Part shown: piece by piece, positions 1-9,282 of the stretch
Position numbering within the stretch: position 1 is the first letter of the stretch
How the letters are laid out: every line of letters starts with the position of its first letter
DNA from: an uncultured Acidobacterium sp.
Lineage (GTDB): Bacteria; Acidobacteriota; Vicinamibacteria; Vicinamibacterales; UBA2999
NCBI GenBank assembly: GCA_964513235.1
Contig: CAZEMI010000124.1
Location: forward strand, 1,596-65,595
Length of the DNA stretch: 64,000 nt
Direction: 5' to 3'
The notes under the pieces: generated by a model
Databases searched by the model: none
What the model was told of the DNA's origin: nothing
What the model saw: the letters and a program-made list of their open reading frames with translations, nothing else
Made by a program: the position numbers and the translations under genes

Positions 1-2
1 CA

Positions 3-215
3 TCACCTCGTCGTGCCTCGGCGGCGATCGGGCTTCACCCAGGCCAGAAACACCGGCAGATCGCCCTGTGTCGTCCACTCGAGCGCGCAGACCCCGCATC
101 GCAGTGCCAGCACGATCGTTGTCGCTGTCTGTGACTCGACGCGCAGGGGAACACCAATGTCCCCACACTGGCGGCATTTCAAAGAGAATTTGGGGTCGAT
201 CACACCGATGGCCAT
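3..215 (-). CDS. small hypothetical protein with two CxxC pairs (zinc-ribbon-like), 70 aa
   Basis: Complete ORF (ATG 213-215, stop at 3-5). It has CRQC and CGVC pairs about 25 aa apart. No family recognised and no clear SD. Confidence 0.3.
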   Translation of the reverse strand: MAIGVIDPKFSLKCRQCGDIGVPLRVESQTATTIVLALRCGVCALEWTTQGDLPVFLAWVKPDRRRGTTR

Positions 216-284
216 CCGCGTACTCTATGGGCCGGATCTTTCCACCGTTTGTCGAACGCGCAACGTTCGTGCAGCGAGTTCATC

Positions 285-682
285 GCCACTCGCGGCCGTC
301 GCACGAACTTTACCCTCCCGGATCACTGCATTGGGCTGATTCGCGATGCCATTCGCGAAGCCGGTGTGGCCGACACCACGACGATCGTGGTGACCGCTGA
401 TCATGGTTTCGTGACGGTGCGCGACGAGATCAGCCTCGCGTCGGTGCTCGACGCTGCGGCGTTGAAAGGCAAGGTACGCTGGATCGTTTGCGAAGCTTGG
501 GTTTCCCGAGTACTCCGACAATTTCTATGTGCCCGGCCAGTATCTGATCGCGGGAGACATCGCGACGCACTTGACGCTCGATCCGAACTTCGATACGGCG
601 CGGCGTCGTCGCGCCCACCATCGCGCGCCTGCTGGGCGTCGAGGGCCAACTGTACTCAACACGTTGGGACCGGGGAGCCTAA
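285..682 (+). pseudogene. frameshifted 3' remnant of an alkaline-phosphatase-superfamily phosphodiesterase / nucleotide pyrophosphatase
   Basis: Consecutive family-like pieces sit in three different + frames. These are IGLIRDAIREAGVADTTTIVVTADHGF (ORF 249..839), YVPGQYLIAGDIATHLTLDPNF (ORF 529..750) and then VVAPTIARLLGVEGQ ending at TAA 680-682. The N-terminal catalytic half is absent. Confidence 0.45.
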
Positions 683-752
683 ATTTCGCGAGTTGGAACC
701 AGATCGCCGAGTGGCTGAGGCGGCTGGGGGGGCTCCGAGGCACGGCGTGAGG

Positions 753-1100
753 CTAATCTTGCGACGCTTCCGTTTCCGCCAAACCCAGGAATACAAAAAT
801 GGCGCGGTTGAGCGCCTTCACTTCTTCGGAGGCCAGTGAGCCGACCAGCCTTCCGAGGCGTCTCCTCGGCACGGCAGTTAATTTGTCCACCATCATCCGG
901 CTTGGTGCACGCAGTCCACTCTGGGCACTGGGTTGGACGGAAAGCCTGAAGATCGGCGCTGGCGTCGGATCGGTGGTCAATGGACACACGACGATCGAAT
1001 CGTTCGCGTCGAACCGATCGTCCTGGACGATGACGGCGGGTCGCGGCTTGCCGGCATAGGCCGCTCCACCCGCGACGGTCCAGATCTCGCCACGTTTCAT
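753..1100 (-). CDS. mazF: type II toxin, MazF/PemK-family endoribonuclease
   Basis: N-terminus MKRGEIWTV...GKPRPAVIVQDD...VVCPLTT is the typical PemK/MazF signature. The start overlaps the upstream antitoxin stop by 4 nt. Confidence 0.85.
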   Translation of the reverse strand: MKRGEIWTVAGGAAYAGKPRPAVIVQDDRFDANDSIVVCPLTTDPTPAPIFRLSVQPSAQSGLRAPSRMMVDKLTAVPRRRLGRLVGSLASEEVKALNRAIFVFLGLAETEASQD

Positions 1101-1318
1101 TCTTCATTCCAGGCAGAAATTGCGTCGACGAACGACTGGTCCCGCTTGGCGTGAGGACTCTTCGCGACCGCCAGCGACTGACGGTGTGCGGCCTGGGCGA
1201 AGGACTTCGACCGCACGTCCGGAACCCAGATCTGAACGGGACGAAGCCCGGCCTTCCGCAATCGAGTGCGATGGGCGCGGACCTTATCGCGGGATCCGGA
1301 TCGAGCGGTGGTTGGCAT
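1097..1318 (-). CDS. antitoxin, DUF3018 / MazE-like
   Basis: 73 aa. RAHRTRLRKAGLRPVQIWVPDVRS matches my memory of the DUF3018 antitoxin core. It is translationally coupled to the mazF-like gene. Confidence 0.75.
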   Translation of the reverse strand: MPTTARSGSRDKVRAHRTRLRKAGLRPVQIWVPDVRSKSFAQAAHRQSLAVAKSPHAKRDQSFVDAISAWNEE

Positions 1319-1678
1319 TGAAATTCCTCAGGTTACATGTAACCTAGCACATCGCGGATGGGCCGCGCAAACATGCACCGATCAGACCGCGACGTACGGC
1401 GCAATCGAAGAGCTGGGACACACTCAGCAACGGCGCGCTCTTGAACGCCGCCGAGGCGGCAGGGTTCGAGCGGCTGCTCGCGACCGACCGGCGCATCCGC
1501 CACCAGTTCGCATTCACCTGTCCGAAGTTGCCGATCTTGATGTTCGAGACGTCGGTGACGCGTCGAAGGCGCCCCTCGCCTTGCGTCGTAGGAGTTGGAG
1601 GAAGTGACGGAAGCAGCGTCACGAATGCATGGGGCATCCGACATATCCGACATCCAGGCTGCGTTCTTCAGCAGCCTG

Positions 1679-2212
1679 TCAGGGCGCCTGCCTGCGCCAG
1701 CGGCCGACCGAGGTCGGATTGCCCGCGTCGTCTTTCGTGCCCAGCGTGAGCACGTCGCCTTCGACGGTCCAGTACCGGGGGTGGATGGCGGCAAGGGGTC
1801 CTGAGGGCGGCACGATCAGCGGCTGGCCCTGCGGCAGGAAGGTCAAGGTCTGGTGTGCCATGTCCACGGCGGTACGCCCCTTCACCGAGAGCCGTCCCTT
1901 CTCGAGGGGGATGCCCGCCTCCGAGAGCGCCTGTCCGGTTGCCTCGTCCGTCCGGATCTCCATCTCGAGGTTGCCGAACCCGTCGAACAGCAGCGTGCCC
2001 TCGCCCCTCACCTGGATCACGTCGCGCCCCGGGGGATGCACCTCGAACGAGAGCAGGCCCCATCGGCCCTCGAGGTACTTCCGCGCGACGGGCAGCGTGC
2101 CGGCGCCGGTGTCGACCCGCGCGAGCCCGATGGGCTTGGGGGCACAGCCGCCGATCGTGACCGACGCCGCCGCAACCGCGGCGAGCGTCATCGAACACAG
2201 TAGGTGACGCAT
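1679..2212 (-). CDS. lipoprotein of unknown function
   Basis: Signal peptide with lipobox (AAASVTIGGC). Coherent ORF of 177 aa with GC-rich third positions. Confidence 0.6.
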   Translation of the reverse strand: MRHLLCSMTLAAVAAASVTIGGCAPKPIGLARVDTGAGTLPVARKYLEGRWGLLSFEVHPPGRDVIQVRGEGTLLFDGFGNLEMEIRTDEATGQALSEAGIPLEKGRLSVKGRTAVDMAHQTLTFLPQGQPLIVPPSGPLAAIHPRYWTVEGDVLTLGTKDDAGNPTSVGRWRRQAP

Positions 2213-2277
2213 GTCGTCCTTTCGCTTCCCACGCCGGGTTCATGCACTACGTGGGGCACGTTGCTGTCGCGACCGGC

Positions 2278-3012
2278 TTATGGCTGGACGCGTACCGCCG
2301 CCGTCAGCTCGAACTGCAGGCGGGTCTCGGCCGGCAACTTCAGGTGCTCCTCGCCGGATGCGGCCACGACCGTTCCCGTGATTCCTCCGACCACGGCCCC
2401 GATGGCCGCGCCGTCACCCCCGCCGGCGATAGCGCCGATGATGGCCCCCAGACCGGCGCCGCCGCCGACCTTGCGTGCCGTGCGACTGCCCTCACCCTTG
2501 CCTTGTGCGACGGCGTACCCGGTGACGACCTCGTACACGCGCCCACCGAACGAGATCGAGTTCACTTTCAGGCTGATCTGGTCGCTGCCCTTCAAGGTCC
2601 CGGACTGCTTGACGCTGGCGACCTGGATCACGGCCGCCGCCTCGCGGGGGATCACCACGCGACCGTCGATCAGGATCGGGTCGTCGACGCGGCCTTTGAA
2701 GGTGGCTCCCGTCTGGGTCGCGTCGACGTCGATCCCCTGGCTGAGGCGCACGTTCAGCACCGTGCCGGCGGGAACCATCACCGTCTGCGGCGCCGGCGCC
2801 TGTCGCGGTCGGAACGTGAGGTCGGCCGTGTCGATCACGGCGTACCGTTCCGTCATGCCGTCAGCAGACTGGAAGCGGACGGTCCTCTGGTCGCCGCCGG
2901 CGTAGGGGCCGTCGACGACGGCGGCGGTGCGCATCTTCAACGGGTCGGCCTGGAGCGCCGGCGCGACGGCCACCACCACGAATAGCGCGAGCCAGCGGGA
3001 TTCTTTCGTCAT
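2278..3012 (-). CDS. secreted protein with C-terminal glycine-zipper segment
   Basis: Start moved to the internal ATG at 3010-3012 (MTKESRWLALFVVVAVAPALQA signal peptide). The C-terminal GGGAGLGAIIGAIAGGGDGAAIGAVVGGITG is glycine-zipper-like. Confidence 0.6.
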   Translation of the reverse strand: MTKESRWLALFVVVAVAPALQADPLKMRTAAVVDGPYAGGDQRTVRFQSADGMTERYAVIDTADLTFRPRQAPAPQTVMVPAGTVLNVRLSQGIDVDATQTGATFKGRVDDPILIDGRVVIPREAAAVIQVASVKQSGTLKGSDQISLKVNSISFGGRVYEVVTGYAVAQGKGEGSRTARKVGGGAGLGAIIGAIAGGGDGAAIGAVVGGITGTVVAASGEEHLKLPAETRLQFELTAAVRVQP

Positions 3013-3325
3013 CGAATGCTCCTCGGATTTGACTGGGCGTGCGGCAGCGCCGACGCGATCTGCTGATCGATGAGCAGCAACTGCACTGGGCCGCGCATCG
3101 GAGTCCATACGGACGGTCACAGCAAAGATGGCGCCATTCTGCTGTGGCGTTGCGGCCCACATCGGACGCGCGGAATCGAGGCGTGCCCGCCGACACTCTG
3201 CGCGACGGCGTGCAGAGTGCGTTTAGCCACACACCGCGTGGTCGCCTGCCAAACCGCACGGCTGCGGACGGCGGCCACACGATGAGCGGCATAACCTTTG
3301 CCAAGGCCCTGACCGGAGGCAGGAG

Positions 3326-3823
3326 GTGCAGATGCCGCGCTTGGTCCCCTTTCTCGTTCTCGCGCTCGCCATCGTCGGTACGTCCGTCCGCACAGCCAGT
3401 CGAACTGATTCGTGTCGATGGCAGATCGCGTTCGTCGATCCCACACGCGAGCATCTCGAGCTGCGATATGGATCGAGTGATGATGGAGACTGGGACGACT
3501 GGGTACTCGTCGCACGTGTGGGTCGGCCTGTGAATCGAGTCTTCCCAGTGCACTTCGTGCTGCCTGATGACGACGGCGAAGACGCGGAGGCGCGCGAGGC
3601 GGTCGGCCGGAGTCTCGACTACTACCTCGTCGAGCTCGGCAAGCCCGACCCCTGGGAATACGCCACTTATCACACGATGACACTGGCCAACTTGTACTCG
3701 CGGGTGCACTGGGGCTGGATCCGCCGAGGGGTCGAATCTGGACGTCCCGAGGACGCGATCGTCGGCGAGCAGATGGTGGGGCGGAAGGTGCAGACGCCGC
3801 TGCAGGCGAGGACCGGCGGGTAG
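3326..3823 (+). CDS. hypothetical secreted protein
   Basis: N-terminal hydrophobic signal-like segment (PRLVPFLVLALAIVGTSV). No family recognised. Third-position GC is somewhat lower than in neighbouring genes. Confidence 0.45.
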   Translation: MQMPRLVPFLVLALAIVGTSVRTASRTDSCRWQIAFVDPTREHLELRYGSSDDGDWDDWVLVARVGRPVNRVFPVHFVLPDDDGEDAEAREAVGRSLDYYLVELGKPDPWEYATYHTMTLANLYSRVHWGWIRRGVESGRPEDAIVGEQMVGRKVQTPLQARTGG

Positions 3824-3836
3824 CCTTCGCGTGCAA

Positions 3837-3856
3837 TCACCAGCGAAGGCTGGTGA
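3837..3856. terminator. 8-bp perfect hairpin between convergent genes (possible bidirectional terminator)
   Basis: TCACCAGC-GAAG-GCTGGTGA lies in the 53-bp gap between the stop at 3823 and the stop at 3877. There is no U-tract, so it is weak as an intrinsic terminator. Confidence 0.3.
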
Positions 3857-3876
3857 ATCGCGAAGGAATCGAACCC

Positions 3877-5088
3877 TCAACCCCGCCTGGACTGCGCAGA
3901 TGCCGAATCAACCCACCACACCACCGTACCTGTGGTGGGGCGGATCCCCGCCGCTGGGTAGACGTGCGGATCGGAATCTGCCGCCAGGGCATGACGCAAT
4001 GCGCTTGCTTTCGTGGCGCCGGCGACCAAAAAAAAGATATTCCTCGAGCGCGACAGGGCGGACAAGGTCAGCGTGAGACGCCATTTGGGATTGGCGGTCG
4101 TCTGCGCGTCGAGCACCCAGCGCTCTCGTTCATCCACCGCCGGTGACCCGGGAAACACCGACGCCGTGTGTGCGTCTTCACCCAGGCCCATGATATTCAA
4201 GTCGAACGCAGGACCATCGCCGTCGCCGAAATACTCCCTCAGCACCTTCTCGTACATAGCCGCAGCGTCCGCGGCCGGCGAAAGATGCGTCGGCATGCCG
4301 TGAATATTCGAGGCAGGGCACGGCACATGATCCAACAGCGTTTCGCGGGCCATCCGGTAATTGCTCTCCGGGTGGTCGGCGGGAACATAACGATCATCGC
4401 CCCAGAAGATGTGCACCCGCGCCCACGGAACTTGCGCGCGAAATTGCGAGCCGAGCAGGCGATACAGCCCACGAGGCGTCTCACCGCCCGATAACGCCAG
4501 CGAACAGCGTCCGTGAGCCGCCACGGCACCATGGATGATGTCCACCGCCGCGGCGGCGGCTTGCGCGCTGAGCGCATCGACATCAGCCAGGACACGCACC
4601 CTCACCCCCAGTGACAGCTGCCGCAAGATCGTTTCAACGATCACGTCAGGCGGTGCCGCGGCATCGATCACGATCGCGTTGGATGGCTCCTCCAAGGCGT
4701 CGAACTGGCTGGCCAGCATGTCGGCCTTCATGAAATGCGAGGTGCGCTGCTGCAATCGCGATCGGAATAGAGCCTCTGACCCCTTCAAGTAGACCCAGGT
4801 GAGCGCCACTCCTCGTTCGAGTGTCTGCCGGTACTTCTGCTTCAGCGCTGAACACGCGACCACAAGGTCCACACCTCGACTGGAGGCGTCGGCGATACGC
4901 GCCTGGATGTCGGCAAGCCATGGCCCGCGGTCGTCGTCGTTCAACGGAATGCCGCGGCTCATCTTGTCGATGTTGGCCGGGGAATGCAGCGTATCGCCTT
5001 CGAGAACCTGGCAACCCATCGCGCGGGCGAGCCGCGTTCCGATCGTGGACTTGCCCGAGCCCGATACTCCGATGACGACAACAATCAT
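3877..5088 (-). CDS. bifunctional gluconokinase (N-terminal) / 6-phosphogluconolactonase (C-terminal) fusion
   Basis: The N-terminus GVSGSGKSTIG...GDTLHSPANIDKMSRGIPLNDDDRGPWL is GntK/IdnK-like. The C-terminal half LALSGGETPRGLYRLL...HIFWGDDRYVP...MGLGEDAHTASVFPG is Pgl/NagB-fold-like. Confidence 0.85.
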   Translation of the reverse strand: MIVVVIGVSGSGKSTIGTRLARAMGCQVLEGDTLHSPANIDKMSRGIPLNDDDRGPWLADIQARIADASSRGVDLVVACSALKQKYRQTLERGVALTWVYLKGSEALFRSRLQQRTSHFMKADMLASQFDALEEPSNAIVIDAAAPPDVIVETILRQLSLGVRVRVLADVDALSAQAAAAAVDIIHGAVAAHGRCSLALSGGETPRGLYRLLGSQFRAQVPWARVHIFWGDDRYVPADHPESNYRMARETLLDHVPCPASNIHGMPTHLSPAADAAAMYEKVLREYFGDGDGPAFDLNIMGLGEDAHTASVFPGSPAVDERERWVLDAQTTANPKWRLTLTLSALSRSRNIFFLVAGATKASALRHALAADSDPHVYPAAGIRPTTGTVVWWVDSASAQSRRG

Positions 5089-5136
5089 GGCTGCAAGCTC
5101 CGGTTGAACATGCTCGTCACATCATCTGCCACGCGG

Positions 5137-7152
5137 TCATCGGAAGATGCCGCGAATGCGGCGGCCGGCTTCGCCCATCCAGCCTTGCACGGTGCGCGTC
5201 AGGCGCTGGCGGATGGAGCCGCTGTGGATCGTGCACAGGCGATCGGGAACAGCGTCACCTTCCTTGAAGAACTCGGTATACACCGGGCAACCGTCCACGG
5301 GTTTGCGGTAGCTGATCGTGCAGAGCGCTTCTTCTGCCAACCCCGCGGGGCGCTCGAACTCCGTGGGGGGCCGGATGCGCGCGGCGCGCTGCATGAAGTC
5401 CGCCCAGATCGGCAACGCATAACGGGACCCGTAGGCGCCGGCGCCGATCGGCTTCGGCTGATCGAAGCCGACCCAGACACCGGCGACGATGGCCGAGGAG
5501 AAGCCGACGAACCAGGCGTCTTTGAATTCGTTGGTCGTTCCGGTCTTGCCACCGATTGGAAAGCGAATGCCGAGTTGCCGGGCCGGCGCGCCAGTGCCGC
5601 GATCGATCGCGTCGCGCAACATCGAGACCATCTGGAAGGCGACCTCAGGTGCAATTACGCGCTCGGTATCAACCGGCTGCTCGAATGCCGTGCCGCCGTT
5701 GGCGTCGCGCACCAGAGCGAGGTCGCGCGGCCGCACCGACAGTCCGCCGTTCGGAAACATCGCGAACGCCGCCGTGATCGCCAACGGCGTCACCAGACCC
5801 GAGCCGAGCGCCAGCGAGGGCACGTCGGGGAGATCGGCAAGGCCGGCTCGTGAGGCGACGCGTAACACGCGGCCGGTGCCGACCTGCTGCTGCAGCAGCG
5901 TGGCGGCGCGATTGTTCGATTCGAGCAATGCCGCCCGCAACGTGAGCTCGTCGGGGGCAGCGTCATGCACGTTCCTCGGCGTCCACTCGTCCGGGCCCTG
6001 CGGCGCGATCTGATTGAGGCCGGTCAGGATCGAGACCGGCGAGTGCCCGCGTTCGAGCGCCGCCGCAAACACGAACGGCTTGAAAGCGGATCCGGGTTGA
6101 CGCCGGCTCCGGCTGGCGCGATTGAACGCCGAGCGCTGGTAGTTGCGGCCGCCGACGAGGGCGAGGATGTCACCCGTCGCCGGATCGATGGCCACCAGCG
6201 CCGCCTGCAACGACGGCTTGCCCGTCGTTCTCAATCCCTTCTCGACCGCCGCTTCAGCGGCATCCTGCAGTGCGGCGACCAACGTCGTCTGCACGCGCCA
6301 ATCGGGCGGATGATCGCCGCCGAATTGATCGCGGAACCGCTGGCGGAGATACGCCTTCGCGTAGCCGTGGCGGGAACCGCTGTCGCTTCGATAGGGACGG
6401 ATGCGCAATGGCGCCTGGCGGGCGGCGCGAAATTCCTGCTCGGTGATGAACTTCTCATCGCGCATGCGCGCGAGCACCACGTGACTGCGCGCGCGTGCCT
6501 CATCGAGATTCGACCACGGCGAGAGCGCGGCCGGCGCGCGCGCCAGGCCGGCAATGAGCGCGCTCTCGGCCAGCGTCAGCGATTGCGCGGGTTTCCCAAA
6601 CACCCGTTGCGACATCGCCTCGACGCCGTAGATGCCGGCGCCGAGAAAAATGCGGTTCAGGTACAGCTCGAGGATCTGTTGCTTGCTGAGCTGCCATTCA
6701 ATCAGGAACGCGAGCACCGCCTCGCGCGCTTTGCGGCCGTAGCTCTTGCGATTGGACAGGAACAGCGTGCGCGCGAGTTGCTGCGTCAGCGTGCTGCCGC
6801 CCTGGACGGCGCCACGTTCGCGCACGTTGCGAACCACCGCGCGCGCCAGCGAGATCGGATCCACCCCCGGGTGGAGGAAAAAGCGATGATCCTCGACGGC
6901 GACGAACGCGTGCTGGAGATGCGGCGAGATGGCCGCGATTGGCACGTCGTGCCGCTGTTCATCAAGGCGAAACCAGCGGCGGCCATCCGCTGTGTGAAAC
7001 CAGGTATCGCCGACGCCGCGGGTGAGCCGATAGACGGCGTGACTCTGCGTGCCGAGCCAGACCAGCCCGACGGCGCCGGCGATGATGAACGCGTACAGCA
7101 GGTACCGCGCCCTGCCGAGATCGGTGCCCAATATCGCACGCATCATTTCCAT
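5137..7152 (-). CDS. mrcA: penicillin-binding protein 1A (bifunctional glycosyltransferase/transpeptidase)
   Basis: GT51 motifs are present (AVEDHRFFLHPGVD, GGSTLTQQLAR, RKAREA), followed by transpeptidase motifs (SAFKPF, SNN, KTGTT). Confidence 0.9.
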   Translation of the reverse strand: MEMMRAILGTDLGRARYLLYAFIIAGAVGLVWLGTQSHAVYRLTRGVGDTWFHTADGRRWFRLDEQRHDVPIAAISPHLQHAFVAVEDHRFFLHPGVDPISLARAVVRNVRERGAVQGGSTLTQQLARTLFLSNRKSYGRKAREAVLAFLIEWQLSKQQILELYLNRIFLGAGIYGVEAMSQRVFGKPAQSLTLAESALIAGLARAPAALSPWSNLDEARARSHVVLARMRDEKFITEQEFRAARQAPLRIRPYRSDSGSRHGYAKAYLRQRFRDQFGGDHPPDWRVQTTLVAALQDAAEAAVEKGLRTTGKPSLQAALVAIDPATGDILALVGGRNYQRSAFNRASRSRRQPGSAFKPFVFAAALERGHSPVSILTGLNQIAPQGPDEWTPRNVHDAAPDELTLRAALLESNNRAATLLQQQVGTGRVLRVASRAGLADLPDVPSLALGSGLVTPLAITAAFAMFPNGGLSVRPRDLALVRDANGGTAFEQPVDTERVIAPEVAFQMVSMLRDAIDRGTGAPARQLGIRFPIGGKTGTTNEFKDAWFVGFSSAIVAGVWVGFDQPKPIGAGAYGSRYALPIWADFMQRAARIRPPTEFERPAGLAEEALCTISYRKPVDGCPVYTEFFKEGDAVPDRLCTIHSGSIRQRLTRTVQGWMGEAGRRIRGIFR

Positions 7153-7267
7153 CGTCCCATATCAGACGGCGCCGCTGACGACTCGGCCGCACGGCCGGCA
7201 ACTTAGCGCCCCCTGATCTCCGCGCGTTTCTGTAAGATGGCCCGAACGACATCTGTCTGAGGTTCCC

Positions 7268-8383
7268 ATGACGTTATTCCTTCGAGCGGTCTTTGTGTCG
7301 GGCGTCGTGATGCTCGCTGCCGGGGCGATCGGAACCAGCCTCGAGGCCGGTGCGTCCGACACGTCTGGATGGGACGCGAAGGCCGCCGCGAATTACCTCG
7401 ATGCGCGCGCGGAGTGGTGGACGACCTGGCCGAACGCGGCCCGCGATCGCGGGACTTACTGCATGTCGTGCCACACAACGTTGCCGTACGCGATCGCGCG
7501 GCCGGCGCTACGCGCGCCGCTTGGCGAGCGCGGGCCATCGGCGGCCGAAGCGAAGATCTTCGGCAACCTCCTGATGCGCGCGCGAAACTGGCGCGATATC
7601 GAGCCGTGGTATCCCGATCAAACGCGCGGCATTCCCAAGACCAGCGAATCGCGAGCCATCGAGTCGGTCATGAACGCGCTGGTGATTGCTCGTCGCGACG
7701 CGTCGGCCGGACAGCTGAGCGACGATGCGCGCACGGCACTCGGCGTGATGTGGAAGCTGCAGATGAAGACCGGTCCGAATTCCGGCGCGTGGACCTGGCT
7801 GAACTTCAATTACGAGCCTTGGGAATCACCCAACTCGCCGTACATTGGCGCCTCGCTCGCGGCGCTTGCCGTTGGCTCGGCGCCCGACGCCTATGCCGCC
7901 GCGCCCGAGATTCAGGAGAACCTCACAGCGCTGCGCGGCTACTTCAATCGAGAACACGGCAAGGTCGCGCTGCACAATCAGTTGATGGGCATCTGGGCGT
8001 CGGGACGTATCCCGGACCTGCTGACCGGCCAGCAGCGTCAGACGACCATCGACGCGACCTTCGCGCTGCAGCAATCTGATGGTGGTTGGATCACCTCATC
8101 GCTCGGCTCCTATAAACGCGTGGACAACACACCGAACGAGATGCGGTCGGATGGTTACGCCACGGCTCTCGCGACGCTTGCGTTGCTGGAAGCGAGTGTC
8201 GCCGGCACCGATCCGCACATCGTCAAAGGACTGGATTGGCTGCGCCGTAACCAGGATCGCGCGACGGGCCGTTGGACGGCGACGTCCCTGAACAAGCAGC
8301 GAGACCCCGAGTCGGACACCGGAAAATTCATGAGCGATGCGGCGACGGCCTACGCGGTACTGGCGCTGACCTACCAGCGGTAG
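7268..8383 (+). CDS. secreted protein with single CxxCH motif and prenyltransferase/squalene-oxidase-like repeats
   Basis: N-terminal signal-like segment and CMSCH at about aa 65. The C-terminal [22 protein letters not shown] and [16 protein letters not shown] resemble alpha/alpha-toroid repeat motifs. Confidence 0.7.
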   Translation: MTLFLRAVFVSGVVMLAAGAIGTSLEAGASDTSGWDAKAAANYLDARAEWWTTWPNAARDRGTYCMSCHTTLPYAIARPALRAPLGERGPSAAEAKIFGNLLMRARNWRDIEPWYPDQTRGIPKTSESRAIESVMNALVIARRDASAGQLSDDARTALGVMWKLQMKTGPNSGAWTWLNFNYEPWESPNSPYIGASLAALAVGSAPDAYAAAPEIQENLTALRGYFNREHGKVALHNQLMGIWASGRIPDLLTGQQRQTTIDATFALQQSDGGWITSSLGSYKRVDNTPNEMRSDGYATALATLALLEASVAGTDPHIVKGLDWLRRNQDRATGRWTATSLNKQRDPESDTGKFMSDAATAYAVLALTYQR

Positions 8384-8615
8384 GAGGGCGAGGACCATTG
8401 AACCGGTGTTCAAGGACCTCGGCAATTCAGGCCTTGGTCAAGTGACTCATCCCAACTTGCGCACAAAGTTCGGTTGTTACGAAGGAATTACACTGAGAGG
8501 TGTTGCGTTTAGTCCCTATCTGATCCACGCTGGCGGAATCCTCAGCCGGTAGACCACAACTCGCGACCCATATCGTCAGCTCCCTGGGCCGTAGCTGGGA
8601 CCGCGGAGGCGCTCT

Positions 8616-9236
8616 ATGACCAGGGTGCTGATCATTTCACCCGTCCGCCTGTACCGCGAAGGGCTGGCCCATCTCATCGCGAACCATGCGGGCCTCAACG
8701 TCGTCGGCGCGCATTGCGCGCTGCCGGTCAAGCAGGTCGAGCTCGACACACTTGACCCCGACGTGATCGTCCTCGACATCGCCACGCCGGGGAGCATCGA
8801 TGCGGCGCGCGGTCTTCGACTCCTCGATCACCCCCCGGCGCTGGTGACCCTCGGCGTGACCGACACCGACCACGAAGTACTCGCGTGCGCCGAGGTGGGC
8901 GCCGTCGGCTACGTGACTCGGGAAGGTTCCCTCGACGAGCTGGTCGCGGCGGTGTGCGCGGCGGCGAGAGGCGAGCTGATCTGCTCGCCGCGCATTGCCG
9001 GCTGCCTGGCGCGCCGCGTCGCCACGCTGAGCGCCGGTCGGGAATCCGATCGGGAGCGGTGGCGGCTGTCACGACGAGAGCGCGAGATCGCGCTGCTGCT
9101 CGGCCAGGATCTCTCCAACAAGGAGATCGCGGTGCGGCTGACCATCGAGGTGTCCACGGTCAAGAATCACGTGCACAACATCCTGAACAAGCTGCAGGTC
9201 AATCGTCGTTCCGACGCCGCGCGACTGGTTCGTTGA
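8616..9236 (+). CDS. LuxR/NarL-type transcriptional regulator with atypical receiver domain
   Basis: The C-terminus LSRREREIALLLGQDLSNKEIAVRLTIEVSTVKNHVHNILNKLQV is a LuxR HTH. The N-terminal receiver fold keeps VIVLDI but lacks the acidic pair after beta-1 (ISPV). GGAGG lies 6 nt upstream of the ATG. Confidence 0.85.
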   Translation: MTRVLIISPVRLYREGLAHLIANHAGLNVVGAHCALPVKQVELDTLDPDVIVLDIATPGSIDAARGLRLLDHPPALVTLGVTDTDHEVLACAEVGAVGYVTREGSLDELVAAVCAAARGELICSPRIAGCLARRVATLSAGRESDRERWRLSRREREIALLLGQDLSNKEIAVRLTIEVSTVKNHVHNILNKLQVNRRSDAARLVR

Positions 9237-9250
9237 GCCACTGCGATCGC

Positions 9251-9282
9251 GGATCTATGACCGGATCTAGTTCCAGGATCTA
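9251..9282 (+). promoter_or_regulatory. three direct GGATCTA repeats spaced 12-13 bp (candidate operator)
   Basis: GGATCTA occurs at 9251, 9263 and 9276, with a related CGATCTA at 9312. The site lies between the LuxR gene and the pseudo-receiver/eCIS operon. Confidence 0.3.

Noticed and set aside
1333-1794. ORFs 1333..1794(-), 1344..1637(-) and 1441..1749(+) as intact genes.
   Set aside because: They overlap one another and have no starts with an RBS or any recognisable full-length family. Only the + frame shows a partial PIN-like/DUF5615-type resemblance, so it is treated as a possible remnant within the islet finding.
2861-3880. 339-aa and 239-aa minus-strand ORFs spanning 2861-3880.
   Set aside because: Arg-rich shadow translations. 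They conflict with the signal-peptide-bearing + ORF 3326..3823 and with the start of the glycine-zipper gene.
3851-3930. A complete tRNA gene on the minus strand.
   Set aside because: Only the T-arm, 3' acceptor strand and CCA are convincing. No complementary 5' acceptor strand is present. The best anticodon arm has mismatches and lacks U33. It is therefore kept only as a possible att-type fragment.
5965-7206. 413-aa + strand ORF opposite the PBP1A gene. Similar shadow ORFs include 42914..44362(-), 45189..46415(+), 48567..49610(+), 50091..51146(+), 52286..54202(+), 57082..57957(+), 57987..59192(-) and 61243..62112(-).
   Set aside because: Shadow ORFs of well-supported genes on the other strand, with the same compositional artefact.
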